From NCBI GenBank assembly GCA_964016885.1, contig OZ024755.1, forward strand, positions 22,072,001 through 22,136,000: a DNA stretch of 64,000 nucleotides, given 5' to 3'. The notes under the pieces were generated by a model, which was given only the letters and a program-made list of their open reading frames with translations, made no database searches and was not told the origin of the DNA. Position numbers and translations under genes: made by a program. Within the stretch, counting starts at the first letter, position 1; each line of letters begins with the position of its first letter. Source of the DNA: Eledone cirrhosa (taxonomy: Eukaryota). Positions 55,186 to 64,000 of the stretch are shown here, piece after piece.

Positions 55186-55860
55186 TCAGTGTAGCCAATG
55201 CTGGACTTACCTATAAGCTATAGCTAAGGGCCACATGCCCTCAGGGACCTCAGTGTAGCCAATGCTGGACTTACCTATAGGCTATAGCTAAGAGCCGCAT
55301 GTCCTCGGGAACTTCAGTGTAGCCAATGCTGGACTTACCTATAAGCTATAGCTAAGGGCCACATGCCCTCGAGGACCTCAGTGTAGCCAGTACTGGACTT
55401 ACCTATAGGCTATAGTTAAGGGCCACACGCCCTCGGGGACCTCAGTGTAGCCAGTACTGGACTTACCTATAGGTTATAGTTAAGGGCCACACGCCCTCGG
55501 GAACCTCAGTGTAGCCAGTACTGGACTTACCTATAGGCTATAGTTAAGGGCCACACGCCCTCGGGGACCTCAGTGTAGCCAGTACTGGACTTACCTATAG
55601 GCTATAGCTAAGAGCCGCATGTCCTCGGGAACTTCAGTGTAGCCAATGCTGGACTTACCTATAAGCTATAGCCAAGGGCCACATGCCCTCGAGGACCTCA
55701 GTGTAGCCAGTACTGGACTTACCTATAGGCTATAGTTAAGGGCCACACGCCCTCGGGGTCCTCAGTGTAGCCAGTACTGGACTTACCTATAGGCTATAGT
55801 TAAGGGCCACACGCCCTCAGGAACTTCAGTGTAGCCAATGCTGGACTTACCTATAAGCTA
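55186..55860. repeat. 64-bp minisatellite (~10.5 units) at a MITE-like end
   Basis: ctcagtgtagccagtactggacttacctataggctatagttaagggccacacgccctcggggac; units start at 55377, 55441 etc. Confidence 0.95.
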
Positions 55861-56689
55861 AATAAGTTATAGCTTAGGTTAACACACCCTTGGGGGGCCC
55901 TCGTTTTAAAAATATATTTTTATTTTATCATTAGCTTTTATTCTTTAACACTAAATCATCAGAAATCTATATATAATATAAAAGAGTGATGTTTATTGGT
56001 TGGCTGAATATCACACACACACACACAACACACCACACACCACACACCACACACACACACACACCACACATCACACCACACCACACACCACACCACACCA
56101 CACCACACCACACCACACCACACCACACCACACCACACCACACCACACCCCACCCCACCACACCACACCACACCACACCACACACCCACACACACAACAC
56201 ACACACACACATCTAAAGAGAGAAAAACACAGAGGGAGAGGCAGAAAGAGAGGGTTAGGCCGTTATACAGAGAGAGATACAATTAAAGTGTTAGATATTC
56301 AGAGAGAGAGAGAGTAATGTCCCACGAAAGTCTAAAAACGATTTAAACTATAGATCCTTTGATCTATAGGAAGGTTTAACAATATTGCGTTAGCTTTTAT
56401 AAAGTTTTTTTTACAGTCTTTGATTTTACAGAACAAAGAAACATTGATATTATTTGAAATTAATCTACCCTCCAGCTTTTACCCAGATACTACTTACAGT
56501 CCGTACTAACAAAGCAACACTTCAGAAGCCATGTTATGAGGTATATTGCTACGTTTCAGATGACGTCCTTTGAAGCTGAAAAAGATCATACTGACTATGG
56601 TTATTTCACAACATATAAAATCCAAGGCCAATGCTACAATTTAATCGGCAGTTTACTCCCCCGGCCTAATAAGGAAGTTTTATGATTGT

Positions 56690-56776
<87 letters not shown>

Positions 56777-56943
56777 TTACGGTCTCACCTCTAATTGCTG
56801 GCCTTGTGCCAAAAGTAGAAACATTTATATATTCTTTAACATTAACACTAATATAAAATATAATAATTATGTATAATTATTTTAAATCTTTTTACCCGAA
56901 ATTTTTTTTTATTTTTAGAGAAAGGCCTCAAATTTCTTATGGG

Positions 56944-57293
56944 CAGGGGTGTGCAAGATATTCCATTGGCAGGCCACTTTTGAACATTGGAACTATTAGG
57001 GCCAGTCACTGTCAAAAATATGTAATTTAATGAAATCTAGTGAATTGAGTCATAAATACATTGTGGATACATTTTAAAACAATGAAGACAAATAAAATAT
57101 AATTTAGTTTTATTAATGTGAGACTTGGTATTTCGTATAGGTCAACTAACAGAAAAATGTATTACGGTTACGATAAAAATTCTAAATAATCCTACAAGGT
57201 CATTAAAAACGGTCATCGCGGGCCACTCTGAGGCCACTCTGAATGGACTGGCGGGCCGAATCGTGGCCGCGGGTCGCCTTTTGCACGCTCTTG
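56944..57293. mobile_element. hAT-like MITE nested in another MITE
   Basis: TIRs CAGGGGTGTGCAA / TTGCACGCTCTTG with subterminal gcgggccg motifs. The flanks rejoin to resemble the uninterrupted sequence at 22225-22285. Confidence 0.6.
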
Positions 57294-57400
57294 GTTTAGG
57301 GCCTCAGCAGGTGAAATTTCGGGGGGACACACACACACGCGTGTGTGTGTACAGTAACTGTAGCTGTAAAAAGGTATATATATATATATATATAAAACCA

Positions 57401-57457
57401 TATTTTGTCTGATGAAGGCATACCATAATTTAACTTGGTATCCTTGAAATATGTATA
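57401..57457 (+). ncRNA. 3'-truncated hammerhead ribozyme (family of 32610/53303)
   Basis: tattttgt-CTGATGA-AGGcATACCA...TGGTATCCTt-GAAAT-ATGT-ATA, then (TA)n replaces the 3' strand of stem I. Confidence 0.55.
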
Positions 57458-58009
57458 TATATATATATATAGTGGTAGAACACTGGAAGGTAATATCCGA
57501 AGTGGTAGAGCACTCAGTCCATGGGACGAGTTAGGTAGAAGTGGTTACACAACAGTTGTTCTCGGTATGGTGAACTAACTGTTGTGTAACCACTTCTATA
57601 TATAAGCATGGATTCAGTTTGAAACTGGTTAGACCATTACTCACCCGAGTACTCAATACTTGGAGTAGTAGAGTATGGTTATATTATAAAGAGTCGAGAA
57701 CCCGGCGGCTGAGGTCGGGGCACCCTCAGGTCCAAAATAATAGGGGGCTGTGGTGGACATTTGCTTAAATTCTTATAAGCTGGGGTTGGAATAAAGGGAG
57801 GGGTCGGTAATTGTATAGAGTGCGTTCGTAAATATGGGATTTCTTGTAATGTTCTTTTTTTGTCATTTATAAATGTAAAATATAATAATTATTAGATTCT
57901 CCAGCTACTGTATCGTTATGAATCCCTTACAATAACATTTTGCCGGAGATAGGTAAGTAAAATGAATAAGCGGTGGGTAGGGAACGATTATTCAAGACCT
58001 GAGAGTATA

Positions 58010-58094
<85 letters not shown>

Positions 58095-58748
58095 CATATA
58101 TATGTGTACAATCCAATCGAAAAAGAGAGTAGAGATTAGTTTGTGAGAATTACAAGCCAATATATATTTGTCTATCTTCTTCTTTGCCTTTATCTTCTTC
58201 TTTGCCTTTATCTTCTTCTTTGCCTTCTTCTTCTTCTTTGCCTTCTTCTTCTTCTTCTTCTTCTTCTTCTTCTTCTTCTTCTTCTTCTTCTTCTTCTTCT
58301 TCTTCTTCTTCTTCTTCTTCTTTGCCCTCTTCTTCTTCTTCTAGACATTAACGGGTAGACTACCACGAAATCCAACGGGAGGAGGTTTCTACAGAGTTTA
58401 ATTGCTTACAAACCCACTGGTGATCAATCATTAGGAAAGGGTTAACACAAAACAGACTGTCAGCCGCCGGTCTAGGTGGCTGGCTGATCTGTCTCATCTT
58501 GTGACGCACACCAGAAATATTTCCCAGACAAAACCTCGAACCGCCCCACACCACACACCCCTATCAATATAAAAAGTGGCTAGACGTTGTATAGCGCATA
58601 GAAAATGGTGTCCATTGATTAGTCAAGAATATGTATAAATCGAGGCAGGTCTTATATATATAAAGTTATCCCGAGTTCAATCGGGGCGGGGAGGGGGGGG
58701 GGGGGTACCACAGTAAGAGGTTCTAGTCCTGTAGAAGCTTTCCTATAT

Positions 58749-58784
<36 letters not shown>

Positions 58785-58787
58785 AAT

Positions 58788-59218
58788 GTTTAACCCCGAC
58801 GGCAGAGCTCAAGCCGTTTCGACGCCTATGTCCAGAAATAGCCATCGAAACGGCTTGAGCTTTGCCGTCGGGGTTAAACTTTTCCTATTTTCCTATTACC
58901 CACTCTACTACCCTAAGTATCGAGTTTTCTGGTGCGTTATGGTCCATCTGGTTCCTTAACAAGTTCCTTCGTTATATATATATATGTGGTAAAGAACCAG
59001 GTGGACCATAGCGCACCAGAGTACTCGATACTTAGGGTAGTAGAGTGGGTAATAGGAAAAGAGTCAGGACCCCGACGGCTGAGCTCCGGCCGTTTCGACA
59101 GCTAGTTCCGAACTAAACGAGTAGTACTTCATCTTTACTTTACATACTACTCGTTTAGTTCGGATCTAGCTGTCGAAAGGGCCGGAGCTCAGCCGTCGGG
59201 GTCCTGACTCTTTTCCTA
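58788..59218. mobile_element. Two tail-to-tail palindromic modules of a third family (GAAACGGC-loop-GCCGTC-GGGGT)
   Basis: Hairpins 58790-58880 and 59054-59218; shared tail attacccactctactaccctaagtattgagtactctggtgcg...ggttccttaccac. Also at 26315-26433, 40975-41091, 57635-57720, 61451-61650. Confidence 0.7.
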
Positions 59219-59597
59219 TATATATATATATGTATGTATGTATATGTATATATGTATGTATGTATATGTATATATGTATGTATATGTGTATATATGTATG
59301 TATATGTGTATATGTATATATGTATGTATATGTATGTATATGTGTATATGTATATATGTGTATATATATATGTATATATATGTATGTATATATATATGTA
59401 TCTATATGTATATATATGTATCTATATGTATATATATGTATCTATATATGTATCTATATGTATATATATGTATGTGTGTATATGTATATATATGTATATT
59501 TATGTATATGTATATTTATGTATATTTATGTATATGTATATTTATGTATATATATGTATGTATATGTATGTGTATATATATATATATATGTATGTAT

Positions 59598-59633
<36 letters not shown>

Positions 59634-60539
59634 GTGTATGTATATATATGTATGTATATGTGTATATATATATGTATATGTGTGTATATATATGTATATG
59701 TGTGTATATGTATATATATATGTATATATATATATGTGTGTATATGAGAGAGAGAGATGCCCCGATTGTGTGTGTATGTATGTACGTACGTATATATGTA
59801 TGTGGTCGATTTCATCGACTTTTTCTTTCCCCAAAATTGTTGGCCCTGTGTCTAGATCAGAAACCATTATAGGGCAGTGGATTGGCAGTATTGGTAGAGC
59901 GTCAGACACCATGCTTTGCAGCATAGAGTTATGGCCCTTTATGTTCTTAGTTCAAATCCCACCGAGGTTAACTTTGCCTTTCATCTTTACGGGGTCGATA
60001 AAATAAAGTACCAGTAATGCACTGGAGTAATTGCTGGCCTTGTGTCAAAAGTAGAAACACCCCATGGCTTGTAATGAGGATCAACTGAAGTGATTAGAAA
60101 ATACAATCATAACTCGAAGAAAAAACATTTTTACAGTACGAACTCAACAACATAAGTAGAAACTGACAAATTGGTACGATGTCTGTATCAATCGACACGG
60201 GCAGTATTAATCAACATTACAACCACAGTCGAACATTCCTGACAGTCTCTCAACAGTTCACAATTTTCTATTGGAGGCTTATATATATGAGAAACGGAGT
60301 TATGTTTCTTGTCTGCATACCTTATTTTCAGGATTGTGTAATAAAATGACAACAGTACCTATGTCTATACATAAACAGACTCATTAACTGCTTAATGAAC
60401 TCAACCACAAGGATTTTCCATTGCTCCTATCAACTGCACCTTACTGACGTTTGTACCATGGCTCAAGTACTTGAGTTAGGGTACAAACGTGCATACTCTA
60501 AATGATTAGGGTTGTACAAAAAATAAACTGGCATCAACA

Positions 60540-60660
60540 TATCAGAAATGAAAGTTTATAGGGAAACTTGCTCCAGCTAACAACTACAATTGCTAAAAGA
60601 CGGTTACGATTTGCAGGACATTGCTGCAGAAGTAAGCAGGAACTTATACACAAGCTACTA
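60540..60660 (+). mobile_element. LINE RT C-terminal scrap (RRLRFAGHCCRSKQELIHKLL); second copy at ~61940-62070
   Basis: RRLRFAGH motif typical of RTE-like RT ends; similar sequence repeated about 1.4 kb downstream. Confidence 0.6.
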
Positions 60661-60666
60661 TATATA

Positions 60667-61400
60667 TGTAATGGAATACTCCTATGTTTTACCGGCGAAG
60701 ATTCGAAACCGAATCTGAGGTTTCTCGCCTCTGGGACCACCTATTGTTGGAAGTTCCCACGATTGTCCTGTCAAGAAACAGTATGTACATACCACTTGAC
60801 CTGTGACCCCAGCTTGTAGACAGAGGAAACACAGATGGCTACTCATAAATCAACCCCATATACACATCCTTCTAGCTATAGGGTTATTATAAATACGAGG
60901 ACTTGGGAAATCCAGCAGCCAGGCCGAAGCAAGCAGTCCGTGTTAAGGTTAATGATGTAGCAGACCTTTCACTCTATCTCTCTCTCCTGGCCTCACTGGT
61001 TCTCACCTTCTCGACCACGGACTACGCCAACAGACAAGAGACCACGAAGCAACACTCATTGAGACGAATAACGTATACTAAGAACATACACACGCACACA
61101 CGCACACACAGTAAGTTTCATATTGTTTAATTCTACGCTTCATCTATTCTTCCGTCTTCCTGTCATATTGTATCGTTGTATTGATACATGCATACACGCT
61201 AGCTCGAAGTAGCTAGCCAGAAAATAATGTAGTGATAAACCTGTCATAAATATTATTACTCGATGTTCAAAGTGAATATTGTTATTGCAAAATAAACATT
61301 GTTAACATCACAATTCTGGCATTATTCTTTTTATCGTTCATCCACAAAAGAATACATACAAATGGAGACCGCCGACTTGATTCGAACCCACAGCCTTCTC
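60667..61400 (+). mobile_element. LTR (~694 bp, TGTA...TACA) followed by tRNA-Trp-like primer binding site; internal region lost
   Basis: Starts TGTAAT at 60667 within TA, ends ATACA at 61360; TATAAA near 60888, AATAAA near 61290. Then aaTGGAGACCGCCGACTTGATTCGAACC, similar to the complement of the tRNA-Trp 3' end (TGGTGACCCCGACGTGATTTGAAC). Confidence 0.7.
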
Positions 61401-61403
61401 ACT

Positions 61404-61454
<51 letters not shown>

Positions 61455-61667
61455 AACCAGTAAGACCCCGACAGCTGAGCTCAAGCCGTTTCGACGGCTA
61501 ATTCTGGACAGAATTTCGACGGCTAATTCTGGTCCAGAATTAGCCGTCGAAACGGCTTGAGCTCAGCTGTCGGGGTCTTACTGGTTCCTATTACCCACTC
61601 TACTACCTCAAGTATTGAGTACTTTGGTGCGTTATGGTCCACCTGGTTCCTTACCACATTTCCTTCG

Positions 61668-61728
<61 letters not shown>

Positions 61729-64000
61729 CATTTACGTGCGTTGTATTGAAGCGAATAACTGTGTCTGCTCTGGGAGTTTACTTAACATTACCTATTGAGT
61801 ACACTGAGATGCAACCTGTACTAGCAGTGAAATCCATACTAGTTCCGTCAACTTATATCTATCTATATATATATATATATATATAATATCATATATTAGT
61901 CGCTGACAGAATACATTATGTATATACACTACATATATAAACTGGCGTCAATGTATTACAAATAAAAGTTTATACGGAAACTTGCTCAAGATAACAACTA
62001 CAATTGCTGAAAGACAGTTACGATTTGCAGGACATTTGATGGAGGAGTAAGCAGGAAGTTATACACAAGTATTAATAGTCAACTTTAATTAACGGAAATT
62101 AATTCCCCACAAAGAGGATAATGCTTATTAGTTAATTAATATTCTATAACTACATGGGAGGATCAAAGTACATGGTTAGTCATAAGTAACCAGGCAGTCA
62201 ATACATTCTTTATTGCAAGGTTCAGATAACGTTTTGAACATCCGCTTATTTGTGTGTGATCAGCCATGGTTATATTTTTAAAACGACTTTTGTTTGATGT
62301 ATTTATAATTTCGTAATGTATAACCAGAATTTTAGTAAATATTATCATTTGAAATATAAATGTTGGACTGCCCGGTTCCTTATGACTCACCATGTAGAGT
62401 GAAGTGAAGCTTCTGATGAGCCAACTTCACAAACCAGTTTGGACTGCCGTTTCTATTCCAACAGATTAGAAATTTAAATATAATGAAAAATGAAAATGAA
62501 TAATAACCTACTTGATAGTAACAAAATATTGCTTTAAAACTGAATATAAATTTCGTAAAATTATACAATAATTATGCAATAAATATTCCTATATACGAGG
62601 ATCGGTTGAAAAGTTCATTGGCTGACTATGAAGGAATGATGCTAGAGCTCTGAAATCTTGCATGCATTAATTTCAACTCTTCCAATTAATAACTGCATTG
62701 TTTCTTTTCATAGACTATGTTGAAAAATAAACCTCATTTGGTCAGTCCATGGGAGTATCTTGGTCAGCCTATGAAATTTTCTACTGGCCGTATTCTGACT
62801 TCTGGTAAAACAGAAGAATTTTGGCTATAGAAGAGTTCAATGCAATGTAACGAGAGTAATTGTTTATGAGACTGTTCAATCAGACAGACGATATCGTTAT
62901 CAAGTGCCACTCCAAGGCAGACGACGGAGTCTGATATCTGTTTCAATGGATTTACATATATAGTTTAATGATTCATTAGATCATTCAACGCAACAGTTGA
63001 TTCAAGAAAGGATCTTGTTGAAAAGATTATATTAATATGTTCACTTGTTTTTAATTACTGCTCTAAATTTTTGAGTTTAGACCTTTCAGGCACCCGTACA
63101 TGGTGGATTGCCAGTATCGGTAGAGGATCGGACGCCATGCTTTGACGCATAGAGTTACGGCCCTTGCCAATCTGAGTTCAAATCCCGCCGAGGTTAACTT
63201 TGCCTTTCATCCTTACGAGGTCGATAAAATAAAGTACCAGTAATGCACTGCGATAATTGCTGGCCTTGTGCCAAAAGTAGAAACCATTATTACGTAAGAG
63301 TTAAATATATATATTTAACTACTTCAACAAAATAATTGTTTCTACTTTTGGCACAAGGCCAGCAATTACCCAGTTCATTACTGGTACTTTACTTTATCGA
63401 CCCCGTAAGGATGAATGGCAAAGTTAACCTCGGCAGGATTTGAACTCAGAATGGCAAGGGCCGTAACTCTATGCGTCAAAGCACGGCGTCCGACCCTCTA
63501 CCGATACTGCCAATCCACAGTGCCTTTTCGTGGGTATTTGAATCGTAAAACTAATTAAAGTCGGATTATTCTATATAACTGTACAGTTGATTTAACAAAG
63601 TGTTGTGAATGTTATAGACGCCATGATGTTTTTATAATTGTTTGAACTTCGTAGCTTGAATTCATTGTTGTTACACTACTAATTTTGCTAACAACTCACC
63701 GTACTATATCGTGAGTTTCTAGATAATAAATTCTATTAGTAATAAGATGAAATGACTGTTTATATCTCCCTAACAGACAGAACCAAAATAAAAAATAACT
63801 AGAACCTTGTAGCAATCACATCTTAAATAAAGCAGACAAACTAGAAAAACAAAAGCAAACCTAATTAGTTTGTCAGTTATTTAAAGTATAATAATTGTTT
63901 CTACTTTTGGCACAAGGCCAGCAATTACCCAGTCTATTACTGGTACTTTATTTTATCAACGCCGTAAGGATGAAAGGCAAAGTTATTTAAAGTATAATAA

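Noticed and set aside
59230-59760. Overlapping YI/YM/VC-rich ORFs (also 25894-26371, 33701-34330, 50010-50350, 55959-56317)
   Set aside because: Translations of (TA)/(TG)/(CA) microsatellite mosaics.

Overview
AT-rich, microsatellite-saturated eukaryotic DNA. The repeat content (abundant tRNA-derived SINEs, RTE LINEs with an internal Cys-finger, (TA)n seas) suggests an octopus or other coleoid cephalopod; this is an inference. One intact spliced gene lies on the - strand: 8 coding exons, 48897->17655, all GT-AG and phase-compatible, 766 aa. It encodes a SAMD1/KAT6-type CpG-binding winged helix, a low-complexity linker, a KAT6-like double PHD finger and a SAMD1-type SAM domain. An intronless divergent profilin (profilin-4-like) ORF is at 1553-1966 (-). 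The rest is mobile DNA: CRE, RTE, L1/Tx1 and Penelope remnants, an LTR with a tRNA-Trp-like PBS, Mariner/piggyBac/hAT-type MITEs, two SINE families and minisatellites. The most striking hidden signal is a set of short non-coding modules embedded in (TA)n tracts. They carry minimal type I hammerhead ribozymes; three are complete by eye (32610, 52507, 53303). Many are long fold-back palindromes centred on or next to ribozyme helices, consistent with several families of Penelope-like termini or non-autonomous retro-elements.
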